A stretch of 64,000 nucleotides of DNA, taken from assembly GCF_001194135.2 (NCBI RefSeq), contig NC_068990.1, positions 78,484,624 through 78,548,623 of the forward strand, written 5' to 3'. Below are positions 38,591-52,243 of the stretch, piece by piece. The first letter of the stretch is position 1, and the number at the start of each line of letters is the position of its first letter. This stretch comes from Octopus bimaculoides (taxonomy: Eukaryota). A program made the position numbers and the translations under genes. Under the pieces are notes generated by a model. The model saw nothing but the letters and a program-made list of their open reading frames with translations, was not told the origin of the DNA and ran no database searches.

Positions 38591-38636
38591 AATCTTCACA
38601 TACACCCTATACAATAAAGCACCTAATAATTTAAAG

Positions 38637-39030
38637 CAGGGGTTGTCAAACTCAATCGCACAAGGGGCCAAAACTCAAATTACACTTAAGGTTGCGGGCC
38701 AAACTGGATAAACAGTCATTAAACAATGGAAAACTAAACCATTTTTTAAACAATGATATGAATTAAAACAGACAAAAGTTGAAATAATACCAATTTTTAC
38801 TCTGATGCCAATTTGTCAGAGCTGGATGTTTGGAATAAGGTTCTGTGTTATGGAGATTCTCAGGATGGATGGCAGGTGTTCATCAGTGAGATGACTCCCA
38901 TGTGATATTTTGTTAATCTTCATCACAGGTATGTACTACCAAATATGCTCAAGATTTGAGCCACATGTAAACGAAGCTGGGGCATCTTTTTAGGAATGAA
39001 ATGAGTGAACTATGCAGGCCCCACAGTGTT
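38637..39030 (-). mobile_element. hAT (Charlie-group) transposon remnant with C-terminal dimerisation domain
   Basis: TIR-like caggggttgtcaaactc preceded by atttaaag. Minus strand MPQLRLHVAQILSIFGSTYL / VMKINKISHGSHLTDEHLPSILRIS (38800-38990). The second TIR was not found. Confidence 0.8.
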
Positions 39031-41695
39031 GTACTTTGCCTTTAGGGCACCATTACACTGCAGCCCTATGAACTCCACCTGCAAATGTACAGAGGTGAAG
39101 TTTCCATGTTGATGGCAAATGGGTTGTAAAACAGCTTGAAACTACTTTCTTGTACTTTTGTTACTATGGAAACAGACACCTATATGTCTGTGGCTTTCGA
39201 CTGGCTAAAATTACTCTAAAATTTGCAAACTATAAACACTATCAGCTCTTTATTTATTGATTTTTGGTGAAAATGATTTCATGTCAATGATTACCATACA
39301 AAACTACACCAATATGCCAAATATGAAATCAATTGGAACAAAAATTGAAGAAACTGAAAAGTGGCAGCCAAAGAGAAAAATCCCTATTTTTATTCCTTTT
39401 AATCAGAAATAAATTGAGAAAATGTATTTTTCAAGTGTTTCTCATAAACAGTTCCTACTGAAAATTGAAATCAAATTGTAGATTTAGTTTACTGAGTGTT
39501 CAGTGTGGCTTAGATCTAAATAACAGCACCAAAAGGGATTCTCATATGGAACTACTGGTACAAAACTCGAACAAGATAATGCAAAGAGATATTAATTTGT
39601 GAGTAATTAGCAGAATCAATGCAAACAATTGTGATATTGGTTTATAATAAAGGTAGTTGTAGCTGACCAGTTGTTCTAATTGAACATGGCAGATTATCAA
39701 AACATTGAGAGAGGAAAGGGATGATGAGAGTAGGAATGAGATGATCAGATCCAACTAGTCTTTTGTGGAGGAGGAAAATCACTGATGGTGTTATATTTGA
39801 TGTGCATCGATGTACAACTGGAAATCAAATTGATGATATGGGAAAACATTCAAGTTGTTTATGTCTGAGAAACATTTCAAGCTATGGATGCGAGAGCTTT
39901 TAAAAGAAATACTTAAATTCAATTATAATGGTAAAACTTAAGCTAAACTAAACAGAACCCTAACATCTAAAGAGTACATATGTCGAATTGGCTTATAAAG
40001 ACAATATGTGTAATATTTCTTTCCATTTGACATGAGGCTCCTTTTGTAAGAGTTGAGCAAAGCTAGTATATAACTTGTCTCTTTAATGATCTCTCTCCAT
40101 GAAAATAGCAGAGTATTGTTTGAATGAGCACTAAACTCATTACATCACAGATAGCATAAAGAACCTTTTGGTGGAAATATCTATAATATTGACTTATTAA
40201 AATCAGGAAAAATTGTGTTAAGAAGTGCAGTCAATTTGACCCCAGTGAATTACTGCTATTACTTGTTTGGTTCTCCAGGTCAATACTGATCAAGCAGACT
40301 TATGATTAAATCAAACCATGGTCATCCAATCATTTTTATTTTTTCATGAATAATGTACCTTGGATTACATTATTGAATGTACCTCTTTTTAAGATGGCAG
40401 AGAGTGGTTTAAGGGAGATTTGACTGCTATTTTTAATAGGCTGAATAACCTTTTAAAGGCTTTATCATTGGCTCATTACTGCTATTTATTACAGATAACA
40501 TTGGTGCTCAACAAAATTTGATCTGAGAAACATTTGACACAGAACTAAATGTTAAAAGCTGTTCCACCAATATTAGCCACTGACATAAATATTAAATAAT
40601 AAGGTCAATGAGGACTCCACTGATTACTATCATTCGAAAGTATTTGTGATTTGAAGTTAATATATTCCTATACTACAAATGTACAATGTGGTACAATTTG
40701 CTTAGTGATTATTTCATCCCTCTTTAAGGATGTATGATGTCATGTATTGCAGGTAAGGTTAGAATAATAGCAAAACATGTCTAGAGTTGTCTCCAGTATT
40801 TGAAAAATAAATCAAAATATTAGACATTAATTAACATTGTATTTCTCCCCTGACCACACAATTTCAGTAAAAATCCTTAATTCCCAATGCATTAAACATA
40901 TTAACACTAATTTACCTATTATTAGATTTAGTTTGATTAACTAGGCTTAAGAATTTGTTACAATAATTATCGAAAACTTAAATAAATTGTAGGAAATGTG
41001 TACTACAATAACCAAGGCACAAACTGGATTTTATTCATTCATTCATTGTTTCTAACAAAATATCTCTTGACTCAAAGAAAACTGCCAGTGATCCATAAGA
41101 AGAGGCTTTAGTCATGTCTTTAGCATAATACAAGAAAGTTTTTGGTATTTTAAAAAATGTCTTCTCTCTTGAATGTTGAAATTTAGAAAAGATATCATGT
41201 TTCCTGTGGAGATGCAATTAACTCGTAATGTCAAATTCTTACAAAACTGATATATCTTGATTAAAAGATAATCTTTGATTTAGCTTCATTCATCTAAAAC
41301 AAAATATATGGCAGTTAGTATTTCCACAAGAATTATGAGAGGACAGAATCATTAAAAAATAAATTCATTTTTGTTAAGTGACAAATATTTGACATAAGAC
41401 TTCATTTATAAAAGCTTTCGTGCAAGTAATGTTGTTATATTTTATTTCATATGGGTCATTGCATAATGATTTCATATATAGGCATAATACACTGGAACTA
41501 TTATGGGAGATAGGGTGGGGGAATAAGATAGTGAAAAGTTGGAATGTCCATACCATTTCCCAGAGGAACATTAACAACATACACAAATGATTCTAACTGG
41601 TGACTGAAGATATTTAAGATCTTACAATGGCACCAGAGTGTCTAACAACCAACTGTAAAAACTTTTATTACAATTATTTGTGCTCAGGCATGCAT

Positions 41696-41742
<47 letters not shown>

Positions 41743-42399
41743 CACACACGTTTCACGGGAAGGGCAGTAGAAGTGGTTACCATTACAAATTACATGTCTT
41801 TTGGCTTTACAACTTTGCTACATTATAAATATTCAATGAGAATTATATATAGAAAATAAACTATATTAATTTATCAATAATACATTATAATTCATATGAT
41901 GTATTACATTTATTATATAATGTACATATATACTGAAACTAAATGTAATAATTCAATACAAGGCTATCATAGATAGTAAGTACCTAGCTTTTTAAACTGA
42001 TTCCAACAAAGTAAAGCTTTTTGAGATAATCCAGTACCCATTCCCTTCTTCTGCTCACCTTCTTGTACCTTGAGTGTTCACCCTGATATCATAATTATTT
42101 TATCATATTCTCCAGCTCCATCCTGCTCACTCTCTTTCCTATCAAAATCAGTAGCTGTGCAGCTCCCCTACAGCAAGACACCTGTTCCATTTTTGGCCCT
42201 TCCCTAATACTTCTCCTAGCATAACCTCTATGGCTGCTCAGACCTGGCAGTACATCAAAGTTTTAATTACAGAACTGAATTTTGTTAAGATGGAATTCTG
42301 TTCTACAGGAATGGATTTTTAAAATATAAAATAAAGACGTAAGGCTTCTCAAAAATAGTACTATTCAGGATTTATTTTGATCAAAGGAAGAAAATTAGT

Positions 42400-42780
42400 T
42401 GTCCCTATTGACAGAGACCCTGATTTAATCAGAGAAGAACAACTTAATCCAACAACTTGACCTGGAAAAACAAATTCAGAAATTCTTAAAATAACAAAAT
42501 TTACAAAAAGAAGTAATTTTAAGAATTCTAAATTTGGTATGAGGAAAAAGAAAAAAATGAACATTTTATCAAGAAAGTTTATAAAACTAAATTGGAATTT
42601 TATGGAGAAAAGTTACAAAAAAACATTGTACATTTTTTAAAAAAATGGAAAAGATGACCAAGTTAGTCAGGCAGGACCAATAATTTCATTTATTGCTCCT
42701 GAAATGAAGATGAACATTGGGCAATGTAACCTCATTATTCAACAATGTGGAAGAAAGAATCCAGGAAACCACAAAATGAT
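42400..42780 (+). mobile_element. Very old RTE-like remnant
   Basis: Frameshifted pieces FLKKWK, AGP..IAPEMK and TSLFNNV resemble ALKKMKxGKAxGPDxIxxExLK...LTxLFN. Confidence 0.35.
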
Positions 42781-43177
42781 TTTAAATATTTGTAGAAATA
42801 ACTGAAAAACAAACTAAAAATATGAAGAGAAAGGGGTGGGTGTGATTGTGCTGCAGTTGGATGAGGGTAAATGGTAAAGTGATCCATTTTCCAAAGAATC
42901 TTTCTGTTGGTTGTCTAACAATCAAATCCGAGAGGCTTTTGCTTAACTAAGGAAATCTAGGTCTCTTTGAATTATGGCAGCCTGTAATTTCCCAAGTACT
43001 GTTTTCTTGTGTGCATTCGAAGACTAAAACATGTAATAAACAGATGTAACCATATTACTGAAAACTGAAAAGTTTATGTAATAAATACACATACACGTGC
43101 ATGAGAGAATGATTGGAGAAATATATCGACTGGAAGGTGAGATAGATTATATATATATATATNNNNNNNNNNNNNNN

Positions 43178-43217
<40 letters not shown>

Positions 43218-43846
43218 TGTGTGCATGTGTGTGTGTATGTATGAGTCAGAAGCAAGAATGACTTAACAGTGAGTGAAGTTTTCAGAAATTACTGTACCAT
43301 TTCAACATCGCAAGTGGAATGAGTAAGAATGTAGTGGTGGTAGTGGTGTGGTGTATGTGGGTGTGAGTGCTGGTGCTATGAATGCAGTAGTAATAATTTT
43401 ATAATGAATGGGAACATATTGGTGGAGAAGTTAGTTGTGGAAGGCAAGTAAATTAAAAATTTAAAAAGTAGGTTATGGGGTCAGGTTGTGCTGAAGCTGA
43501 TGAGCCAACCTCGACTTTCACCACAATGATAAATATGTCAGCATTGATGAAGCCGTGATATGAGAAAAGTTTATGAAAGAAGATTAAAAGGGAAGAAAAG
43601 AATAAAAGTAAGAAAGATAATGACATCATAAAGACAAAGGAGAAGAATATGGAAGAGAGGATATATATATATAGTGATCGTGTTTTATTTCACAGATGGA
43701 CTCAACATTTCTAAGATCTCACAGATGACTATGGGTTAGCCTTGCTAACCTCATTATTCAACAATGTGAAAGAAAGAACACAGGAAACCACATATACCAT
43801 ACCTAGAATACTACACACTAAATAGTACCTGTGTATTACAGGTGTG

Positions 43847-44233
43847 TGGAGGCGCAATGGCCCAGTGGTTAGGGCAGCGGACTCGTGGTCATAGGATCAC
43901 GGTTTCGATTCCCAGACCGGGTGTTGTGAGTGTTTATTGAGCGAAAACACCTAAAGCTCCAAGAGGCTCCGGCAGGGGTTGGTGGCAAACCCTGCTGTAC
44001 TCTTTCACCACAACTTCCTCTCACTCTTACTTCCTGTTTCTGTTGTGCCTGTAATTCAAAGGGCCAGCCTTGTCACACTGTGTCACGCTGAATATCCCCG
44101 AGAACTACGTTAAGGGTACACGTGTCTGTGGAGTGCTCAGCCACTTGCATGTTAATTTCACGAGCAGGCTGTTCCGTTGATTGGATCAACTGGAAGCCTC
44201 GATGCCGTAAGCGACAGAGTGCCAACAACAACA
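43847..44233 (+). mobile_element. Intact tRNA-derived SINE (distinct family) with TSD
   Basis: A box tggcccagtgg, B box ggtttcgattcc, (CAA)n tail. 12-bp TSD attacaggtgtg (43835-43846) / attacagatgtg (44234-44245). Confidence 0.9.
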
Positions 44234-44654
44234 ATTACAGATGTGCTCAAGTTCATACTATTTATCCTCAGGTTAACCCTGATTGAGTGGACCTATATGT
44301 ATAAAAGCATTCCAGCAGTGACCACTCTGTCATTATTGATATAGGACAAATACTGTCCTATATAAATTTTCTTAAAGCTGACAGGATTTATTTAGAGAAA
44401 ATTGGTTGTTATTTCTATGAAATCATTTGACCACATAGAAGCTCTCTTCCTGAGCTCACTGACACTAAACAAGACATCACAAACAGCTTATAAAAACAAA
44501 GACAGTAATAAATGTAAAACTTTGTAAACCCAAGTAGGTTAATTTTGAGAATAAAACTGGCTAGGTTCAAAACTCTATCTACTGAAATTTCCTTTGTCCA
44601 TCAAATCTCTATACATCCCACTCTCTCTCTCTCTCTGAGCTAATAAATCTCTAT

Positions 44655-44812
44655 GTTGTTGCATAACCTGTTAGAAATAGCAACCAAATACTCCTCAAAT
44701 CACACCTCACTGTTTATGAGAAAGACATCAAGTCCTAAATATCTCCCAAAAGATGTGGTATGGTCCCAACTGGTCTGCCTGATCAGAATTAACCTGGGGC
44801 TAAACAACAACA
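44655..44812 (+). mobile_element. Dispersed repeat ending ctggggctaaacaacaac (unclassified retro-tail family)
   Basis: Related copies near 13630-13806, 16095-16215, 17105-17190, 26180-26405, 40290-40470 (minus) and 58855-58995. Confidence 0.6.
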
Positions 44813-45075
44813 TATTACTTTTCGGTATCACTTTATAGACTATTGTCACTGTTTCTGTCAGTCAGTCATATCAAATAACAATTACAAATCCATTTACACA
44901 AATACTGCCACTTCTATAACAATTCTTCTGACAATAAACCATGTTACTCGTCAGTTAAACTCTCAAAATTACAGTTGACACAAATATTGCAACATATCAT
45001 TTCCAATTCTAATTCTTGTGTGCGTGTGTATGTGTGCGAGGGGGGTGGGCAAGAGAAAGAGAGAGGGGGTGGGGA

Positions 45076-45128
<53 letters not shown>

Positions 45129-46298
45129 ATGCTACCAGGCTGATTTGGATTTTAAATTTGGGTAAACCACAAAGCCTTTTATAAAGATTCTAATGATGAC
45201 ATTACAAACAAGAATGCTGAAATGCAAGTATTTTTTAACAGAAATTTATAGAAATAAAGAACTTGAGCGAAATGAGATTGGTCTTCAACGACATGAGGGT
45301 GACTAATAAACTAAAGAAAAGAAAATCTGTTTAAAAAAATTTCTAATTGAAAAAATAACAAAAAAAAAACAAAAAAAAACAATCAGCTCTAAATGGTTAA
45401 TTACAGTTGCAGAGTGAAATTTATTAGATTCAAAAGAATTGACTCAGTAATTCTCTCGTCCAAAGAAAAAAAAGGAGGAAAAAAGCAAAAACAAAGGTCT
45501 TCAAGGAAATGGATTTCTTTTCCCTTTTAATATGAGAAAACTACTTGACAGTCAATAAGTATAATTGTTTAGAAGCTAGATTTGGTTCTAATGTAGTAGT
45601 TGAGGTGGTTAGGGCTTTTACTATGAGAAAAACTGGTGCAATAAGGAGAAAGAGAGGACTGATTTCAATGTTATGACTCTTTTAACAGAGGACAAATATC
45701 CAGCAGGGTTTATAAAACTATTTTTTATATTCATCAACAGAGAAAACCTCTTTTCTAAACACAGACTGTTTACAGCACAATGAGAAGCCATGATTGAGGG
45801 CTTTATGCTTTTCTTTTAAAATTAAATGAAAGGTTTAGCAATCCACTGGGTTTCATTCTTCTAGTTAGTGTCAGTGAATAATAATGCATGACCCCAAGTT
45901 TGAGGGCAGTAATTAAAAGTGATATTTAAGGTTTTATAGAAAGCCAATAGCTAGAAAGGGCCAGGACATTTCTTGGATTTAAAGCAGAAGCAAGCATGCA
46001 ATAAACTTATTTGCAAGTAAAAATGTTCTCTTTATTAACATTATTACATAATAAAAAAAAATTAAAAAAAAAACAGAGCCTCATATTACTTTCCATTATT
46101 ATATCAGTGAATGTCTTCTCGGAATTCAAAACCAAAAAAATGCCAAATGAAGACATGCAATATTGAGTTAATTTTGAAATGTCAAACCAAAAAATGTTTT
46201 TAGTGCCATTTAATGGTGGCTTCTCTTTATGATATTTTTACTTCATTATCTTTTTTTTTTTTTTTCTGTAGGTTTGATTTATTTTGATAAACAAATGC

Positions 46299-46345
<47 letters not shown>

Positions 46346-46784
46346 CGCATGCGTGTGTGAGTGCATATGTAGAACACTGCTTCGGTTCATGACTTGCTTG
46401 TAGCCATGCATACATTTGTAGAGATGGGTTTTTGAGTTTATGTGTATGTGTGTGGGAGAGAGAGGGGGGGGGATTTCTGGATATATGTTTATGCGAAAGG
46501 AGTCATTGGTGTAGTAACGAAGAACATAATCTATGGTGAGGTTGACTCAGCATTTGACTTCTTTTCATCAGAGAACCATTGAGTTAAGTATCACTAATTT
46601 AATTGAGGTGAAAGGTCAAACTGGTCAGACATAAGACTGGACACATTTACTACTCTGGTGTCAGCAAAGGTGAAGCTTTGAACAAGCTTTGAACACACCA
46701 CACATCTGAGTGATTCATAGAATTTGGTTAACCTACATGACTAATATTAGCCAAGACCCACAGTAAAATTAGATCAATTTACAT

Positions 46785-46908
46785 TTTACCATGCCAAATC
46801 AGACTGGAACTTGGTGCAGCTCTCTGACTTACCAGTTCCAGTCAAACCATCTAACCCATGCTACTATGGAAAGCAGATACTAAATGATGATGATGATGAT
46901 AATGATGA
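46785..46908 (+). mobile_element. RTE LINE 3' tail fragment
   Basis: catgccaaatcagactggaacttggtgcagc...aacccatgc...aaatgatgatgatg. Another copy at 50295-50506. Confidence 0.8.
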
Positions 46909-49219
46909 TGGCATATTCTCACTTCAAGGATTGACGATTTCAAATGTATTGGTTTCTATAAACCTAACACTGTTAACCATGTTTTCAATTAATATTTAGT
47001 ATTCTATATCAGTATTATTTTCACAATTAGAACTTCCATTCCACTGCAGACTGATTATTTGACTTCACTTGACTTCAAGGTAATCTGCCAGGATTCAGAG
47101 GTTAGAAAATATTTTGGGGCCAAAATATGAAGAAGACATTGCAAGTAAATCCTGCTAACCACCTCTGTCTTCTGTTTATGTTTTATATATTGAAGCAAAT
47201 TTACTTGATAACATAATTCCAAGCATTGATACATATGAAATGTTACCTTGTCTATCTGTATGTACAATTATTACAGAGTCAGAAATCTCAAGACATGTGA
47301 AAGAGAAACAGGAAATTTTGGTATATGCGGATGTAATTTCAGAAGTGCAACAGGTGGTAAGGAATTGTTCAGCAGGTAGCAAAGGCAGTACATACTCAGC
47401 AATGAAGAGCAGATGGAAGAAATAAATAGTTCCAGCTGGAAACATAGAGTGGGTTCTAGACACAATGTCTAGAGGCACCATAAGTGTAACCTTGGTGTAC
47501 TATGAGTGACCATGATGACCCTGCATAAACATTAGCTGTGACAATTACTGGGGCTACTGAAGGCAACGTAGTTAAAACCCTTGCAACAACTTGGGTCAAA
47601 CGAAAAATATTTTTACAGTATCTTAAATAACATTTATTCTATATTTGATGTTGCAAAGTTTATGGAATTTTTGATAAAACTGAAAGCATTACTCATGAGG
47701 TGTGTCTGGAGTGAATATGAGCTAAAAATAAGGCATTCTCTAATTCAGGATTATGAAGTTGTAAAGAAAAATAAGTTGTAGATTTAATTTACAAACAACT
47801 GACAACTAGATTCCCATTCTAGTCATATGTACAATTTTATTTTACATTAATATTTTACAAGGCTGGCTTGTTAGCCTAACTCCAACCCTTCTCATTTCCC
47901 TCCGTCCCAGACAGACTCCAAACCCCACTAAAAATAAAATTAAAAAAATGAAAATCTGTTTTTACAACAGCCTCTTCTACTCTCTTACTGAACCCATCCT
48001 GAACAGTCAATCAGCCCAAAAGCTACTTGTATCTAATTAACATTCTATGTCCTGTTACACTTTTTAAATGTTATTATCTCTTATTAACTGTACTATTAAT
48101 TTCTGTGTCTGAGTTAAATCAAACCCCATTTCAATGCCTATACTATGCTATTGTATACAATAATAATAATAGATCCTTATCTTAAATGTCAGTCATCACC
48201 AATAAAATAACATTCATTGATCTAAATCTATTCAGCATTACTGCAGCATCTATGAGACTTTTCCACCAGGCTCTTTCTGTCTATTTTGTCTCCAGTCTTG
48301 CCAGTCTAACTACAAGCAACACCATCAACACCCTTTCTACATTTATTTCCCATTTCCAACATTTTCTATGCTTTGATTTAATTAACTTTTACAAATTCTA
48401 CTATGACCTGACTTTATCTGACCTTTCTTACATAATATATATTGCATTGATATTGCATACACACACCAATATATATATATNNNNNNNNNNNNNNNNNNNN
48501 NNNNNNNNNNNNNNNNNNNNNNNNNNNNNNNNNNNNNNNNNNNNNNNNNNNNNNNNNNNNNNNNNNNNNNNNNNNNNNNNNNNNNNNNNNNNNNNNNNNN
48601 NNNNNNNNNNNNNNNNNNNNNNNNNNNNNNNNNNNNNNNNNNNNNNNNNNNNNNNNNNNNNNNNNNNNNNNNNNNNNNNNNNNNNNNNNNNNNNNNNNNN
48701 NNNNNNNNNNNNNNNNNNNNNNNNNNNNNNNNNNNNNNNNNNNNNNNNNNNNNNNNNNNNNNNNNNNNNNNNNNNNNNNNNNNNNNNATTATTACTGACA
48801 AGCTGGCAGAATCGTTAGCACACTGGACAACATGCTTAGTGGCCTTTTGTCTGTTTTTAAGTTCTGAGTTCAAATTCTGCTGAGGTCAAGTTTGCCTTTA
48901 ATCCTTTTGAGATCAATAAAATAAGAACCAGTTGAGCAGTGGAGTTGATGTAATTAACTGGCTGCTTCTCTCCCAAAATTTCTGGCCTTTTGCCTATACT
49001 ACAGTTTGTTGATTTTTATTGTTTTTTTTTAAATTTTGTTAATCTTGTTTACACACAAAACCCTCACAACAACACATACACACAGTCTTTGTTTTGTCTT
49101 GTACTGTCCATAATGTTTTTCTTAATGTAAACCCTTGTGGTTAATAAAGAAATGATTATTATTGGTCCTAAATGATAAATGGCAGCAACATATGTAAACC
49201 TGCCGAAAGTTAGAGAGAT

Positions 49220-49430
49220 CAGGTGAAGACAGCTGTGACTATCTGGTCACTGCATGCACCACCCTGAACTGGAAGCATCCAAGTTGGTCTTGTGGAATCT
49301 GCTTCATGGTGATGTAAGAAGAGGAAAAACGTTGACGTACCTACATCAACAACTTGATTGCAGGCACTTGCCTGGAATGTATCCAGGATCCCGAGCCAGT
49401 GATGATGGAATAATAATAAAGAATCATGAG
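49220..49430 (+). mobile_element. Old LINE C-terminal remnant (RTE-like)
   Basis: GHCMHHPELEASKLVLWNLLHGDVRRGK resembles the AGHCxRHPExxASKLILWxPxHGxxxRGRP motif. Confidence 0.55.
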
Positions 49431-51044
49431 TGTTGGACAAAATGCCTTGTGGTATTTCATAACAACTCTCTACTTTTTAAATTCTAATTGAACCAAGGTC
49501 AACTTTACTGCTCATCTTTCTGGAAGTGTTAAAATAAAGGTGGGGGTGAAGGGGGTCAATATTGCATGTTCCCTTCCCCAAATTTAGGGCACAGTACCAA
49601 TGTAAGAAATTAGTGTAAATTATTGTTAGGTCAGCTGGCAGAATTGTTAATGCATCAGACAAAATGCTTATGTTCTTCCAATTCTTTAGGTCTGAGTTCA
49701 AATCCTGCTGAAATCAATTTTGCCTTGCATCTTTTTGGGATAGATAAAATAAAAACTGGAATTGTTGTAACCAACTCCCCACTCCTCTCCCCTCAAAATG
49801 ACTGGTTTTGTGGCAAAATTAGGAACCATTATTATTTGGTGGTGGTGGTGGTGGTGGTGGTGGTAGTAGGAGGAGGAGGAGGAGATGGCAGTGGTAGTCA
49901 TAATAGAAGTAATTTTTCAGCTTAGGCTAGTTTTATAAAGGAAAAAATTCAAGTGAACTAAAAGAGCTCCAGTGATTACTGATCCTTTTTCAGGTCTCAG
50001 AAAACCCTTTGTCTTGAAGTCTTTTACTGTTTTCAGTCACTGAGCTACAGCCATGTCAGAGCATCACATTCTAGGGGAGAGAGTTGATTGCGTCAGCCAC
50101 TGAACTTATTCCTCTTAATCTTAAAAGGAAGAAAGTTAACATGAACCTGGACAGGTTTGAACTCAAATGGCTAATTTTGTCACAATTTAAATGTTTTGAG
50201 AATCCAGATAAATAAAAAAAAAAAATAATAGAAGAAAGTTATTTGAGATTTAAACTTCACTTTTTTATGTGCTAGCGCAATGTAAAAAGTACGTATGCCA
50301 CATAAAAAGCACTCGGTACTGATGCCACGTGAAAAGCATTTAGTACACTTTGTAAAGGCAATGGTATTAGAAAGGGCATCTAGTTATGGAAACACTGTCA
50401 AAATAGGAAATTGCAGCTTGGTGCAGTCCTCTGAGTTGCCAGTTCTTCTCAAACGGTCCAACCCATGCCAGCATGGAAGATAGATGTTAAATGATGGTGG
50501 TGATGACAACACTTCTTCAATTTGAAGAAGTAGCCGGGAGTGGGCATTCTGTTACCTTTTCCCTGAGAAGCTAAACCAAAAGAAAATTCTGGAATTAAAT
50601 GAAACTGATAACAACAAAACTAAAAAAAGGAAAGGAAATATTGGAAATAAACACAAAAGATTCTACAGAATCACCATCATCAACATCACTGTTATTAAAG
50701 AGATCAAGTTGCCATCATAGCTTAAAATTTAGTCCAAAACAGACTGACAATCTACCAAAGAAAAAATGTAAGATAAATAATGCACCAAAATTACCCTTGT
50801 TATTGAAGGCAGTGGATATCAGAATTGGTCAAGTAGTAGACAAAATGCCTTGCAGTATTTGATTAATATCCCAAATTCAAGTTCTAACATATATTTTAAA
50901 CTTCTAGATTTAATAAACCTCAGAAATATTGTTAATAGATGGAGTGAACTATACTCAGGCTTGTGCCAATATGAGAAGAAATATTATTAAAATGCTAATG
51001 GCCCTCATGGCTTCTGATCTTAAGTCTTGGTATAAAAAATGAGC

Positions 51045-51521
51045 TACAGTAAATATTTTGATCAATACCACAGATTTGGTTGTCAGTTGTTTGACCTTAA
51101 CCAGTTGAGCATGTCCCTTGGTGGCTGACGATATGTGCATCTCTGATCATTGAGTAGAAGTAGTGGGGGAGCATCATAGCCATGTGTTGAGAGGAATTTT
51201 TGGGGGTTTGAATTATTCACTCTGGAAACACGAGTGTTTCGTTCAACATTCTTAAACAACCCTTATTCAGGGACCTTTTGAGTGGGATCGAATTGAAGAA
51301 AATTCTAACTGGGCCCCACCTGCAGGGTCATGCACTTTTTATCGTGATATGAAATCACCATGTTGCACATATATGGTTGTGATGCATGCGTCTGGTGTTC
51401 CATTATCAGACGGGTAGTCATGATGGGTATATTGGGCTTCATATATTTGTACACCAGTGTCACTTTGATGCCATGAGTGGCTCTCTCACCCAATAATAAT
51501 AATAATAATAATAATAATAAT
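51045..51521 (+). mobile_element. About 450-bp non-coding repeat ending in an (AAT)10 tail
   Basis: GC-richer block ending ctctctcaccc-(aat)n. I recall it as a dispersed octopus-type repeat but have not verified this. Confidence 0.5.
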
Positions 51522-52243
51522 CTGTGCTGCCCAAGAGCAAGCACTAAAAACAAACTACATAAAATACAGAATAGACAACACAGCAGAAAGTGATAAGTGC
51601 AGAATCTGTGGACAAAACGGTGAAACCGTATGGCATATTACCAGCCAATGTACGCCACTAGCCCAGAAGGAATATAAGAGACGCCACGACAATATACCAA
51701 GGCTTGTCCATTGGACACTTTGCAACAAGTATGGACCTGACAGTGCAAAAAATTGGTATGAACACAAATTTGAAGGCATCGTCGAAAATAGAAATGCAAA
51801 GATCCTATGGGATTTTATGATTCAGTGCGACCATGAGATAGAGAATAGGAAGCCGGACATAGTCTTAATTGAGAAAAAAAAAAACTATACTGGATCATAC
51901 ATATAGCATGCCCAGCTGACAACAAGGTATGTGATAAGGTAGAAAGAAAAGTCGAGAGATATGACAGGTTAGCTTGGAAAGTTAAGCAGTTGTGGTCGAT
52001 GAAAAAGGTAACAGTAGTACCAATAATTGTCGGAGCCCTGGGAAAAATGAGTAAAAATCTCGAGAAGTACGTGGAACAAATAGGGGCTGCAATAAGGGTG
52101 GATCACTTGCAGAAAACAGCACTTCTTGGAACCACTCGAATACTCCGGAAGGTGCTCGAAAAATAAGAGGTGTTACCTTAGTTCACTGGTAGTGAACAGC
52201 TGACACTGTAGTACATCCCTAGCGTTAGAAGCTGTGCAAAAGC
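51522..52243 (+). mobile_element. R4/Dong-like retrotransposon, 5'-truncated, well preserved zinc knuckle and RLE
   Basis: CAAQEQALKTNYIKYRID...CRICGQNGETVWHITSQC (CX2CX8HX4C)...KRRHDN...ILWDF...RKPDIVLI...KVERY...PIIVGALG...ILRKVLEK* (stop 52164-52166). One frameshift in a poly-A run. Flanked by (AAT)10 and (AAT)5. Confidence 0.92.

Noticed and set aside
40729-40752. 24-nt plus-strand micro-exon with CAG|GTAAGG donor
   Set aside because: Too short to evaluate and on the opposite strand to other candidates, so no consistent gene model emerges.
43847-43925. tRNA gene
   Set aside because: A and B boxes are present, but the sequence continues into a SINE body with tail and TSD. The same applies to heads at 491, 57695 and 59254.
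50560-50770. Lys/Ser-rich exon-like stretch ending at aat|gtaaga
   Set aside because: It needs a frameshift in a poly-A run to stay open, and no homology was recognised.
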